The notes: generated by a model from the sequence alone, not told the origin. Numbered from the stretch's first letter, positions 19,530 to 29,957 are shown. The stretch is DNA of 64,000 nt from a virus (IMGVR_UViG_2597490325_000001:198392-262391), one strand, 5' to 3'. Numbers and translations are program-made.

Positions 19530-22316
19530 TTAAGGTTTGTAAGTCATAATAATGTTTTTGGCTAAACCATCATTCAGACTTACATATTTGTAAATAACGC
19601 TAAATGCTGATCCGGTAGAATAATTCACAAATCCATAAAGTGCAGCAGTATTCTTTATTAAGTCCATTACAAACTGAGATGGATGAGGGATAACGGTATA
19701 CGAATCATCTACTAAATTGTACTTAATAGCCCGTTCATAGTTAAGGATAAACATCTCATTTGGGTTTGTAGCCGATAAACACCCAGCAGTATATCTGGCG
19801 TCCGGATATAATTTTCCAGTATCAGTCCAAGTATTAGTTAAAATATTATAGTATATCTTCCTATTAGGTTGATCGTTTAAGGTATTAAATACATATATTC
19901 TTTCATTTACATTATCGTAAACAAAAGCAGTGGTACGTATTTTATATGGGCAGTCAGCCATTCTAGTTACAGAATCTGTAGCTGGATTATAACAATAAAG
20001 TCTTTCAGAAGTTGAAGAGTAACCTATACCTTTGGCTTCATTATTACAAAGCCCATAAAAAATTCTTCCATCATTAATTCTTACTGCACTACCATCAGCA
20101 AAAGCAATACCTAGATTTTCTACCGATACATTAGATAATGACCATGTATTAGTAGAAAGATTTAGTTTATAAAAACGAGAAGACATTGTATCGCTCCAGC
20201 TAGTTGGATAATTACTTGGTCTTCCATAACCACCTAACATTATCATTTCATTAGGACTACATGGTACTAGAGGGACTTGACCGCCTGGAAATAACTGATT
20301 GTCGGATAATCTATTTATTCCAGTAGATTTTTTATACGAATACCAACGTTTACTAGAATACATGCAATTATTAGTATAATCGAACCCATAAAACCCTCCA
20401 AACAGTAGATTACCGTTTGCATCTCTTCCCATACATTCACTTATATAATCTATATAGTTTGCAGTTGCAGCAGATGTGTTATCCTTTAAATCCGCTGAAG
20501 AATCATATACGTTCATAATACTGGAGGGGATGATCGCATCTATTTCCCAAACGCCTAAAGTGTTATAGTGATACTTGTTGTCATCATAGAAGAAGAAAGA
20601 CTGACCCGTTATATTTTGAGTAGTTACTTTAGTGGTACTATTATATGATGGAACGATAGAAGGTTGTCCTATCATTAATCTGCCATCATTTAATTTAGTG
20701 GATGGACAAATAGCTAAACTAATTGGTGCAGAAGATAGAGCTGAGAAGGTTTTGGTAGTATGATCATAGATAGTCATAGCTAAGTTTGTATTAGCGTAAT
20801 TGTCCCTATTTAGATAAGAATTAAAGTTAACACCTGGTTTATATCCACCGATTATAGCCACTCTATTATCAGATAACTTCTCTAATACAGGTACAGTACA
20901 TTGTAATGGATTTCCAGTTACAGGAGTGAATAGATATGAATTCATATCCCAAATATAGTTTTTAGGGTTATTGTATAGATCTCCGCCATTGAATGCACAC
21001 GAATCAAATGCATGAACAAAGAAAAGATTGTCTACAAGATGTACTACTCTCATATCAAAATTACTAAATACCGTGTCTGATCTAGGAATAAAGTAATTAG
21101 CAGTATCTTTACCAGCCTTAGTCCATTTCTTAGTTTCGGTATTATAAATAAATGGATATCTATAGTATGGTCTATATGTGTTGACATCAATTGATGTATT
21201 AAGTGCAGAGTTATAGCCCAACACCCCACCCATAATTACAATATTTTTTCCATCCGGATGGATAGCTAGACCATACTTATCCCATCCACTTACTGTAGGC
21301 GATTTAGTTTCTATAGACCATAATTCAGTTTTAGGGGAATATCGATAAACGTATTTAGGGTAAGGCCTTAACTCATTTAGTATAGCTGGCGTAAGGTTCT
21401 GATTGGGAATAGTGGCTCCCGCAATAACACTATAACCGAAGAATACCAGTACATCACCATCTGCCAACGTGACACATTTTGAGTTATTAATCGGGAACCA
21501 AGGAAATCTAGCAGTTTTTCTCATTTCTCCAGTGTATGGGTTGATGATCCATGCATTATTCCAAGTTTTTAAAGTTCCGCCTCCCAAGCCACTAGCACCG
21601 TTAGAGTTGTTCCCTGCAGTACTATTAGCCGCTGGCGAATCCATTTCTAAGAAGAATACATTACCATCTTTTAAAGTAGTCATGTTAGTCATGCCTGGAG
21701 CGACATGTAACATGTTCATTTCCACAGTATCCCATTTAGAATTACTAATATTATTTTTATAAATTACTGATTTACTTCCAATGAAATCAGAAGTCGTAAT
21801 AGTTATATCAGTAGTTTCTATAGAAACTGAAATAAATCCAGAGAAATATACTTCTGCATCCACAGTGGTTTCAATCTGAATAGCCACCCAAGTTTTACTT
21901 TGATAAGTAACGAACATTACCGTATCATTACTGGAAGCATTTTCTAAATTAGCTCTTGCAATAGAGCTAACGCCTATATTTGCACAAGTGCTAAAAGTCC
22001 TAATTTTATTAGTATTATCTTTAATAATAAAATCGCCATCAATTACAAAAACACCTGAATCTACAGGAGTTAATAGAATATAATGGAAACCATTTCTAGC
22101 AGTCATTGAGATAGTTTTACCAATAAACTTATTATTAAATTCATAAGTATTACTTGCAATGGTAGCAGTACCTCCGGCAGAGATAAAGTCAGCTACCATT
22201 TTATCATTTGTGTATTCGGCATTATTAGAAGCTAATAAATTATTATCCACTTTAGTTAAAGCGTCATATTTTACTATTCTACCAACGTTCTTAGCTATCT
22301 GTCTTGTCTTAGACAT
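19530..22316 (-). CDS. Kelch/galactose-oxidase-type beta-propeller protein (928 aa)
   Basis: TLADGDVLVFFG, IVIMGG, VAIIGG, MIMLGG, YNPATDSVTRMADCP repeats. Confidence 0.8.
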   Translation of the reverse strand: MSKTRQIAKNVGRIVKYDALTKVDNNLLASNNAEYTNDKMVADFISAGGTATIASNTYEFNNKFIGKTISMTARNGFHYILLTPVDSGVFVIDGDFIIKDNTNKIRTFSTCANIGVSSIARANLENASSNDTVMFVTYQSKTWVAIQIETTVDAEVYFSGFISVSIETTDITITTSDFIGSKSVIYKNNISNSKWDTVEMNMLHVAPGMTNMTTLKDGNVFFLEMDSPAANSTAGNNSNGASGLGGGTLKTWNNAWIINPYTGEMRKTARFPWFPINNSKCVTLADGDVLVFFGYSVIAGATIPNQNLTPAILNELRPYPKYVYRYSPKTELWSIETKSPTVSGWDKYGLAIHPDGKNIVIMGGVLGYNSALNTSIDVNTYRPYYRYPFIYNTETKKWTKAGKDTANYFIPRSDTVFSNFDMRVVHLVDNLFFVHAFDSCAFNGGDLYNNPKNYIWDMNSYLFTPVTGNPLQCTVPVLEKLSDNRVAIIGGYKPGVNFNSYLNRDNYANTNLAMTIYDHTTKTFSALSSAPISLAICPSTKLNDGRLMIGQPSIVPSYNSTTKVTTQNITGQSFFFYDDNKYHYNTLGVWEIDAIIPSSIMNVYDSSADLKDNTSAATANYIDYISECMGRDANGNLLFGGFYGFDYTNNCMYSSKRWYSYKKSTGINRLSDNQLFPGGQVPLVPCSPNEMIMLGGYGRPSNYPTSWSDTMSSRFYKLNLSTNTWSLSNVSVENLGIAFADGSAVRINDGRIFYGLCNNEAKGIGYSSTSERLYCYNPATDSVTRMADCPYKIRTTAFVYDNVNERIYVFNTLNDQPNRKIYYNILTNTWTDTGKLYPDARYTAGCLSATNPNEMFILNYERAIKYNLVDDSYTVIPHPSQFVMDLIKNTAALYGFVNYSTGSAFSVIYKYVSLNDGLAKNIIMTYKP

Positions 22317-22357
22317 AGATAAATCCTTCGTATTAGATTTTCTTTATATAAATATAC

Positions 22358-22369
22358 TAAGAAATTGTT
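22358..22369 (-). promoter_or_regulatory. Late promoter AACA-N6-TA
   Basis: Reverse complement AACAATTTCTTA. Confidence 0.65.
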
Positions 22370-22408
22370 AAAGAACCCCTATAACTTTCATAAGTTATAG
22401 GGGTCTTA

Positions 22409-23095
22409 TTAGTTATCACCAAACATTGAAACAGGTTTTTCAGGCCATACAATTGTAGAAGGATCTACAGTAGAGATTTTATAAACTGCAATACGATATT
22501 TCTTCCATTCAGCCAATTTAGCTTCAACAGCTTCAATATCATCAGCCATTTCAAAGTCAAGCATATCTTGATAAATATTGATATGCTCAAGGGCTTCAGA
22601 CATCAGAGTCTGTTTAGTTTTGTTAGCTGCATCGATAGATGCTTGTAGTTTCTTGTTTTCATTGACTACCCACTTAGCACCATCCCACTCATCAAATTCT
22701 GAAGTAGGGGCTAAAAGAGTAAATCCAGTAGGAATATCACCGAAAGAAGTAACCACTTTAGGGGTTTTATCAGTGGTATTATAGATAGTATAGCCTCTAT
22801 AATCAATTACAATCTGCCAACCTTTATAGTCTACTGCACGCAGAATAGCTTGAGGTACACCTGCAGCTACTTTCTGTTTATATTCAGCAAACGGAGGTAA
22901 ATCCCGATAAGCATAAGCCGCTACAGTAACACCTACAGGTACATACTCACGGTTACTACCAATATATTCTCTGGTAGTAGAGTGAATATTATAAGTACCC
23001 ACATAACCTTCTTTAATACAAAAACCATTACCATCGAAAACAGCTTTGGTCATAGAATCAGGAATGGTTACTTCTTGAAAAATATCAGTTGCCAT
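22409..23095 (-). CDS. Tail fibre assembly chaperone (lambda Tfa/Caudo_TAP-like)
   Basis: TREYIG, DYRGYTIY, PTSEFDEWDGAKW, LAEWKKYRI...IVWPEKP. Confidence 0.9.
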   Translation of the reverse strand: MATDIFQEVTIPDSMTKAVFDGNGFCIKEGYVGTYNIHSTTREYIGSNREYVPVGVTVAAYAYRDLPPFAEYKQKVAAGVPQAILRAVDYKGWQIVIDYRGYTIYNTTDKTPKVVTSFGDIPTGFTLLAPTSEFDEWDGAKWVVNENKKLQASIDAANKTKQTLMSEALEHINIYQDMLDFEMADDIEAVEAKLAEWKKYRIAVYKISTVDPSTIVWPEKPVSMFGDN

Positions 23096-23107
23096 TAAGC
23101 TTCTCCT

Positions 23108-25222
23108 TTATTTGGCCCTAATAATATAGTTAAATGCAATATTTCGTGGTCTATTTTCATTAGCTGTTGGTACACCACTCTTAGATGCATCAAATGTGAA
23201 ACCTGAAACTCCCCCACCAGCTCCACCACCCCCACCAGAGGAATGTGAAAATCCTGTTCTAATAATATCTAATGCACCTTCATTTGCCCATTTAAATAAA
23301 TCCGCTGTCGAAAATGGTTCATCTGAAGAAGAAAGAACGTTTAATTTACCAGTAATATTTCGAATAGCATCCCCCTGATTGGTCAAAATATTTCGTCCAG
23401 TATCTACATTTCTACCATCGTCCCAACCACGGATAAATTCTCCACGAAGATCAGGTAGGACTCCAGATGGGTAATAGTTTAATAATTTAGGGAAAGCTAC
23501 CTGATCAAAAGCACTACCATTAGCTTTCAAAAAGTTTTTAGGTGGAGTTGCTAATGGATAAGGAATTGGTACGCCTATAGGAAGTAAGAGATTATTTGAG
23601 AAATCTGTATCAGAAAATATTGTAACCCATCCGCTACTAGTGCCATCAGCTCTTAAACAGATAGCAAATACTTGACCTGAAAAATCAACGGCTATTGCAG
23701 ATTTAGAATTTGACCCACCATGATCCATTAAAAGAATATCAGAATATTGTCCAGAAGGTATTCCATTTGTATATGATGAAGAATCACCAAATCTATACAT
23801 ACCGGAAGGAGCATTTTTTAAAAAAGCAATTAAGTCTTTACCCTCACCAGAAAAAGGTACTCCTGAGCCACCCAAACCAAACGCTCCAACTTGCATCAAA
23901 CTGCCTGAAGTGGTATCGGTAATGTTAGTTTGAGCAGTTTTCTGAGCAGCACTACCTAATTCAAGATTAGTACGAGCTATTGATTTATCTGTAAGATCTT
24001 TTAAGTTTTTATCTTTCTGAGCAGCACCAGTAATGCGGCTATCGTCACCTGCAGCAACTGTACCTGTTTCCGTACCAACATTTTTGGTAGCTGAATCACC
24101 TAAACCTAGATTAGTTCTAGCTTTGGCTTTATCTTTAATATCAGATAAATTATTTTCAGTACCTAATGCTTTTAATTCATTAAGAGTAGGTAAGTTATTT
24201 GCCAGATATACCTTGGATAACTCAACTCCGTCAGCGCCATCAATACCTAAAGATAATACGCCATCAGAAGATAAAACTAAATACCCTGTAAGAGTTTTAG
24301 ATATAGGGAAAGATAGAACCCCATAATCTTTATCTACTTCAGGTTTATCCGGAGAGTCATCAGTTAATTGGTAGAAAGCGGGTATTACTGATTTAAGCGC
24401 AGCAACTTTATTATCATTTATACCTAAACCACCATCACCTACAACAATTACATTACCTTTAGCAGTACCTTTATTTAATACAGATGCTGTTCCAAGACCT
24501 AGATTTAACCTAGCAATTTCCTTATCATCGTCATCTACAATTTCTGAGAAAAGATTTGAGATTTGGAAGAAGGTATCTTTAGCCGTTTCTTTTGAATATA
24601 CATTCAAATCATTTAAGTTAGGTTTATGTTTATCCGTATAAATACTTTCTACAGCAAAAGTTCTAGAAGATGTTCCATAAGAACATCTTAAAACATATGA
24701 AGCTTTTTCATTAGCTAAGTCTGATACAAAGGCAATAAAACCACCTTTACTGGAAGTACCTGTAGCCATTACATTAATAACTACATTAACGCCTAAGTCT
24801 AGGCCAACCGGAATATTGGTTGCGGCAGCTTTTGCTAATACAATAACTTCATTAGATTTAAATTTATAAGTATTGAAGTCTAACGCTGAAATAATAGTAG
24901 ATTCTTCTAAGAAACTATTAAAATCACCTACAGAATATAACTGTCCTTTATCTGTACCCGATTCTTTAAGAGCTGCACTCTTAATTCCTAGATTTTCTCT
25001 AGCTTTTGCTTTATCTGAAATTTCTTCCAAATTACCTTCAATAGTTAAGAAAGTACTTGCTGCTTCAGATGGAGAAATTACAGTTCCATCCCCTTGCTTA
25101 TAAAATATAGCCTTTTTATCACCAACTAAGAATAATTCTCCCGGATAAATTCCGGTAATTTCTTCAGAGTTTAAGTTAGGTATAGTTCTAAGAACAAAGG
25201 CTATCCTACTTAAGTTTGCCAT
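23108..25222 (-). CDS. Tail fibre protein with shaft repeats and collar domain
   Basis: Four NL.(D/E)...ARxNL(G/E)(L/I) repeats; PIGVPIPYP...PDLRGEFIRGWDDGR collar; ENRPRNIAFNYIIRA end. Confidence 0.9.
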   Translation of the reverse strand: MANLSRIAFVLRTIPNLNSEEITGIYPGELFLVGDKKAIFYKQGDGTVISPSEAASTFLTIEGNLEEISDKAKARENLGIKSAALKESGTDKGQLYSVGDFNSFLEESTIISALDFNTYKFKSNEVIVLAKAAATNIPVGLDLGVNVVINVMATGTSSKGGFIAFVSDLANEKASYVLRCSYGTSSRTFAVESIYTDKHKPNLNDLNVYSKETAKDTFFQISNLFSEIVDDDDKEIARLNLGLGTASVLNKGTAKGNVIVVGDGGLGINDNKVAALKSVIPAFYQLTDDSPDKPEVDKDYGVLSFPISKTLTGYLVLSSDGVLSLGIDGADGVELSKVYLANNLPTLNELKALGTENNLSDIKDKAKARTNLGLGDSATKNVGTETGTVAAGDDSRITGAAQKDKNLKDLTDKSIARTNLELGSAAQKTAQTNITDTTSGSLMQVGAFGLGGSGVPFSGEGKDLIAFLKNAPSGMYRFGDSSSYTNGIPSGQYSDILLMDHGGSNSKSAIAVDFSGQVFAICLRADGTSSGWVTIFSDTDFSNNLLLPIGVPIPYPLATPPKNFLKANGSAFDQVAFPKLLNYYPSGVLPDLRGEFIRGWDDGRNVDTGRNILTNQGDAIRNITGKLNVLSSSDEPFSTADLFKWANEGALDIIRTGFSHSSGGGGGAGGGVSGFTFDASKSGVPTANENRPRNIAFNYIIRAK

Positions 25223-25269
25223 ATTAGTTTATCCTGTGTAATAAATAGTCAATGATTTTCATTGTCAAC

Positions 25270-25281
25270 TATTAAAGTGTT
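25270..25281 (-). promoter_or_regulatory. Late promoter AACA-N6-TA
   Basis: Reverse complement AACACTTTAATA. Confidence 0.6.
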
Positions 25282-25359
25282 GAATAGAATTAATTAGAAT
25301 TTATTGAAAAATATCTCCCCTATAGCCTTAAGAGATTATAGGGGAGATATTAATTATTA

Positions 25360-25881
25360 TTATGCAAAGGGTGGTAAAGGCCATTGGTTGGCAGAGGGAT
25401 GTATATAACCTCTATTATCATGTGCATCATCAATTATCCATTGAGGCACAGATGGTAAAGGCATATCCCACCAATTATCAAGAGTGGGCCAAGTTTTAAA
25501 AGCTATACGTGTAGAAGTAACTTCTTCTTTCTGTTTATCAGTTAAAAGTGTGTCATTAATAGTGTAGTCAGAAAGCATCATTACATCTGTAGCTCGAATA
25601 AAGGTATTACGAATCCCTCTGCCAATATCTTGTTTTTCTACAGTTGAATATTGATAGGGAGGTATATCCTTCCAAGAAAAAGTTTTCTTAGATGCGTCAT
25701 AAGTTCTTTTCTTACCTTCAGGCGCATTTGTAAGGAAATATGCCTCATACACTTCAGGAGTAATTTCTATTCCATCCGTAGGCCAAGTACCTGAATCTTT
25801 ATATGATTGGTAAAGTATATATGGATAACATACATCTAATGATGGAGAATACATATAATTTAAATTGACTTCAGTATTCAT
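25360..25881 (-). CDS. Tail fibre assembly chaperone
   Basis: YSPS...Y...Y..SGTWPTDGIEI, PEGK.R, W.DIPP, R..F...TD.MMLSDY. Confidence 0.8.
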   Translation of the reverse strand: MNTEVNLNYMYSPSLDVCYPYILYQSYKDSGTWPTDGIEITPEVYEAYFLTNAPEGKKRTYDASKKTFSWKDIPPYQYSTVEKQDIGRGIRNTFIRATDVMMLSDYTINDTLLTDKQKEEVTSTRIAFKTWPTLDNWWDMPLPSVPQWIIDDAHDNRGYIHPSANQWPLPPFA

Positions 25882-25882
25882 A

Positions 25883-28078
25883 TTAGTAACCTATAGCTAT
25901 AAATGAAAGAGTATTTGAACCGGCTGAAGCAGGGCCACCAGTACTTTCATATTTATATGCAAATCCTGAAGAGTTTGCAGGATAAACGGTTGTAACAAAT
26001 GTATTTGCCGTGTCATTAGACCCGCCAAAAGCAAACAAACATGAAGTAGGAAAAGGAATAGGATAAGTACCGTTTCCAGTTATAGAAGATGTTTTTCTAC
26101 CATCAGTATAGGTATTTTGTATTAAATTAGCATAATTTATAGATAATTTACCCCATTGTATAATTATACCAGATGGTAGTACTTGGTAGCCATTTACACC
26201 CAATACTTTCTTTAAACCAGCCCCATATGCCAAAGCTCCTTCACCAAACATATTCCAATTGCTCTCACCATTCAAGGTAGAGTTACCTTCGAATACACAA
26301 AATACAGAACTATATGCGTTTAAAGTAATGGTTTGGATTATTCCGGAGTTGGTAGGGAAACCGTGCTCAGGGGTAGGACATTTAATGGTTATAGGCCCAG
26401 TACTATAATTATAAATAGGTACAATAGACCATCCAGTAGCGTCTAACTCAGTATATACTGGTAGGGTAACAACTATACCGGGTTGGTTGAAACGGTTCCA
26501 TCTACCTATGGAATTTTTAGTCAATACCGTGCTAGTTGCGTAATTGGCAACCCCATTAAACCCATTAAACCCGACTCCTCTAATTAATTCCCTTGTACCG
26601 GCAGCATGCATTGCTTTAGTCGTATCAGTACCTTTAATAGCTTCTGATACAGTTAATAGCTGAATTAGACCAGATTTACTTTCAGTAGCGGTAGGTAAGC
26701 CACTAGTAATATCTGCCCATGTATGACTATGCTGTTTATCAGCTTTACCAGCTAACTGATTAGTTATAGTAGTAGCAAAATCAGGATCATTATTCAGTGC
26801 ATCTGCGAGTTCTTTTAATGTATCTAAAGCATCACTAGAACCACCAATAAGTTCATCAATTTGTTCCTGTACATAAGTAACGGTAGCAAAGTTAGAACCT
26901 GTGATAATTGCATTAATTTGATCTGCGGTAAGATATTTTTCTTGATCAAGTTTACCGATGTTAATGAACATAAGTTCTTCATCAGCATCACATGGATCAG
27001 TAAATACAATAGTTGTACCATCAGTAGCAGTATAGTCTTCACCACCTACTAGAACGTGACCAGTCGATAATACAATCAGAGAATCTGCATTGTATTCAAA
27101 ATCAAAACTAGTTTGACCTTCAGTAGCAGTGGTAGACTGAATCTTAGTATCAATTACTGCGCCATTACCACCAGCTCCACCACCAGTTAAACCAAGATAA
27201 GCAATATAATCGGCTACCCATTTAGTAGTAGCAATTTTGTTACTATTATCGGTTACAGCGGGAACTTTATCTTGTGGTAAAATGTTAGTAAGCTTAGACC
27301 AATCTAAAGTAGGAATGTCAGACAGTAAGATACCATCATACCCCTTAGAAGAATAAACTCTATTACCTACAGTAAGTTTACCAGTTACATTAACATTGCC
27401 ATCAAAGGTACTATTACCTTTAAGCTGGAAGAGGTCAGTTACGTTAGTAAGCTTAACACCATCATTACCTACAACAATGGTACCATCTTCTAATACTACG
27501 AAACCTTTCTTATCGTTCGAGTTAATTACTGAGAAAGAACCATCAACTACGACATTATTGTCGAAGAAATATGAACCATCATCAGTACTTGAACCAAAAC
27601 CATAAGTATTGTATACTCTAAATTTAGTACCATCAAAGAGAATATCGCAAATAGCATTTCCAGGAATGGAAGCTTTACGAAGTTCCCTACCAATAATATC
27701 TACAATAGGAAAATCTCTAGTAGCTAGAGTAGAACCATTTTTTGTAATATTAATAGTAATTGTATTTTGCCCTGCACCAATTACAGTATTGGCATTAGTC
27801 AGGAATCGAATAGATGAAGAGAAAGGCTCCAAAGCTTCTAGGAAGTTTGAACCTTCAAAATTAAAAGTAAAGTTCTTAGCGGAAGGAGTATACACCCAAC
27901 TAGCTGGTACTGCAGCTTTACCGCCACCAACAGTTACGATAATCCCTTGAAGATCTTTATAATAAAGTTGACCGGAATCCTCAGTGACAAAGTGTTCACC
28001 AGGATACACGTCATTTATTGAAGGATCCGCCATTGAGGGGATTCTCTTCAATATAAAGACAATACGACTGTTAGCCAT
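25883..28078 (-). CDS. Tail fibre protein with gp53-like C-terminal domain
   Basis: LDTLKELADALNNDPDFATTI, ATESKSGLIQL, NGYQVLPSGIIIQWG...FIAIGY. Confidence 0.88.
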   Translation of the reverse strand: MANSRIVFILKRIPSMADPSINDVYPGEHFVTEDSGQLYYKDLQGIIVTVGGGKAAVPASWVYTPSAKNFTFNFEGSNFLEALEPFSSSIRFLTNANTVIGAGQNTITINITKNGSTLATRDFPIVDIIGRELRKASIPGNAICDILFDGTKFRVYNTYGFGSSTDDGSYFFDNNVVVDGSFSVINSNDKKGFVVLEDGTIVVGNDGVKLTNVTDLFQLKGNSTFDGNVNVTGKLTVGNRVYSSKGYDGILLSDIPTLDWSKLTNILPQDKVPAVTDNSNKIATTKWVADYIAYLGLTGGGAGGNGAVIDTKIQSTTATEGQTSFDFEYNADSLIVLSTGHVLVGGEDYTATDGTTIVFTDPCDADEELMFINIGKLDQEKYLTADQINAIITGSNFATVTYVQEQIDELIGGSSDALDTLKELADALNNDPDFATTITNQLAGKADKQHSHTWADITSGLPTATESKSGLIQLLTVSEAIKGTDTTKAMHAAGTRELIRGVGFNGFNGVANYATSTVLTKNSIGRWNRFNQPGIVVTLPVYTELDATGWSIVPIYNYSTGPITIKCPTPEHGFPTNSGIIQTITLNAYSSVFCVFEGNSTLNGESNWNMFGEGALAYGAGLKKVLGVNGYQVLPSGIIIQWGKLSINYANLIQNTYTDGRKTSSITGNGTYPIPFPTSCLFAFGGSNDTANTFVTTVYPANSSGFAYKYESTGGPASAGSNTLSFIAIGY

Positions 28079-28117
28079 AATCTTTCCTAATTTTTAAATA
28101 TTTAATATGTCACATAC

Positions 28118-28129
28118 TAAATTTTTGTT
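28118..28129 (-). promoter_or_regulatory. Late promoter AACA-N6-TA
   Basis: Reverse complement AACAAAAATTTA. Confidence 0.65.
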
Positions 28130-28179
28130 AAGAAATCCCTAATGACCAGAAAGATCATTAGGGATTTAGATATTTAGTA

Positions 28180-28812
28180 TTAGTGAGTCTTTTCGAATTT
28201 TACTAAAACGAAAATTTTGCTTCCAATACTTATAGATGAAAGTGTAGCTAACCACTTTCTTGCGCCGCCCATATCTCTCAGAGAGCAAGTTAAATAATCC
28301 TCTGCATACGGGATGTAAGACTGAACATCTAGGTCTAACGAATTGATTGGTCGTTTAAACTGGTCAAGTTCCGTTAGCTTAGTTTCACACTCTATAACTT
28401 CTTCAATATTTTTACCAACTACAGTTTTATCAGATGGTATAATATTTTTCATTAAAGCATTCAAGCGTATTACAGTTCCCCAACTATTACATAAAAGTAC
28501 GGGATGACTATAAGTAGCTAATAATTTATCTAAATTAAGAGATTTACCCTTTGAATTCTCTTCATCAATAAGATCCTTCACTATTCTAGCTAAAGCAGAT
28601 ACTTCAGTTAGAGTATTTCGAGAATCTTCAACCATTTGAATAGAAAGTTCATCGGATTTAGTGAATTTAGACTCAAACTGGTTGACCGTTTCACTAAGTT
28701 GAAGGGTTGCAGAATGAGTCTCTATAGCGTCTCTATTTTGAAACACCATTCCTTTTGCCAGCTTTAGGCCAGACTTCCTAAAGAAGTCTTTGATGTGTGT
28801 TAGTATTGACAT
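28180..28812 (-). CDS. Coiled-coil plus PAS-like domain protein
   Basis: LLATYSHPVLLCNSWGTVIRLNALMKNII...VVGKNIEEVI resembles the PAS N-terminal core. Confidence 0.55.
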   Translation of the reverse strand: MSILTHIKDFFRKSGLKLAKGMVFQNRDAIETHSATLQLSETVNQFESKFTKSDELSIQMVEDSRNTLTEVSALARIVKDLIDEENSKGKSLNLDKLLATYSHPVLLCNSWGTVIRLNALMKNIIPSDKTVVGKNIEEVIECETKLTELDQFKRPINSLDLDVQSYIPYAEDYLTCSLRDMGGARKWLATLSSISIGSKIFVLVKFEKTH

Positions 28813-28827
28813 AGTATCATATCATAA

Positions 28828-29157
28828 TTACTTTCGGTTAGTTAGATATACTATCAGATTCGATAGCAGTTCTTTGATTTCCTTATCAGAAGCATTTCGG
28901 AGGTTTTGCTGTTCAATTAATGACTTCATCGCCTCATCGTTTCTTTTAAGAAAACTATCCTGAATTTTTTCGATACTTTCTCGCCAAGTGTTTCTTTCAG
29001 TAGTATGCCTAGTTATTGCACTTCTATATAAACGATGGACTCTTCTGACTTCTAAAACTAAAATAATAACCATGAGGATGAAAATAGTAGTTATAGTTTC
29101 TAAACCACCGCTATATAGCTTCGCTATAAAAAGCGCATATAGTCTGCCGAAGTCCAT
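28828..29157 (-). CDS. Single-TM plus coiled-coil protein (BhlA/UviB holin-like architecture)
   Basis: TIFILMVIILVL TM segment followed by a charged coiled coil. Confidence 0.55.
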   Translation of the reverse strand: MDFGRLYALFIAKLYSGGLETITTIFILMVIILVLEVRRVHRLYRSAITRHTTERNTWRESIEKIQDSFLKRNDEAMKSLIEQQNLRNASDKEIKELLSNLIVYLTNRK

Positions 29158-29200
29158 ATAGCAATCCTTCTAAAAATTTTAAACAAAACATAAAAGATTC

Positions 29201-29212
29201 TAAATTCTTGTT
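29201..29212 (-). promoter_or_regulatory. Late promoter AACA-N6-TA
   Basis: Reverse complement AACAAGAATTTA. Confidence 0.6.
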
Positions 29213-29317
29213 TCAAAAACCTTAATGTGGATCATATAAATTTTAAAACTTTGTGTAAACAAACAATCTTTTTAGGATATATAATTACTTGGAATACCAT
29301 ACTTAAGGTATAAAATT

Positions 29318-29860
29318 ATGAGCCAAAAAATCTCTAAAGCTGATTTTGGTTTGATATGCTGGTACGAACTCTCAAGCTTAAAATCTAAATTTGAAAAAGC
29401 AACTTCATTACATAAAATAAGAAATCCTAAGTTTGATCATTTTTCAGATATAGAAAAAATAGGAAAAGAACTTTATCCTAAAACTTATAAAAAGATTTTA
29501 TCTTTCATTAAAAATAATGAATGGATAAAATTTGATGAAACTATAAAGGAATTGTGTGAAGGTAAAACTCCAGTTATCTTTGTATCAGTCCCCCAATATG
29601 ATATTGATAAAGATCCTAACAAATGCGGTAGGTATGCATTTGATATAATCTTCTTACCATCTGAAATCAAACCTACTACTTTTAGACAACGTTTTGGTAG
29701 ATTTTATACTGATACTAAACCTAAAGGAGAAAGATACAGACCACAATCATTATCCGGTACTTTTGTAGTAAATTCAGGATACTCTGATTATATTGATGAA
29801 GGCAATATCGAAGTTGACGATATTTATGAAATTATGGATGCTATAAAAGAAATGCTCTAA
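29318..29860 (+). CDS. Hypothetical protein
   Basis: 180-aa ORF with RBS AAGGT. Confidence 0.7.
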   Translation: MSQKISKADFGLICWYELSSLKSKFEKATSLHKIRNPKFDHFSDIEKIGKELYPKTYKKILSFIKNNEWIKFDETIKELCEGKTPVIFVSVPQYDIDKDPNKCGRYAFDIIFLPSEIKPTTFRQRFGRFYTDTKPKGERYRPQSLSGTFVVNSGYSDYIDEGNIEVDDIYEIMDAIKEML

Positions 29861-29957
29861 ATGCGTATTTATAGCTCATTTATTGATATATTATTTTAGT
29901 GAATGAGAAATAAATTCTCCTGTTAATAATTTTAATTTAAATAAAGGTTAAGAAATT

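Noticed and set aside
11309-28078. Diversity-generating retroelement or invertible tail-fibre system
   Set aside because: No reverse transcriptase, recombinase, template/variable repeat pair or inverted crossover sites were seen in the window.
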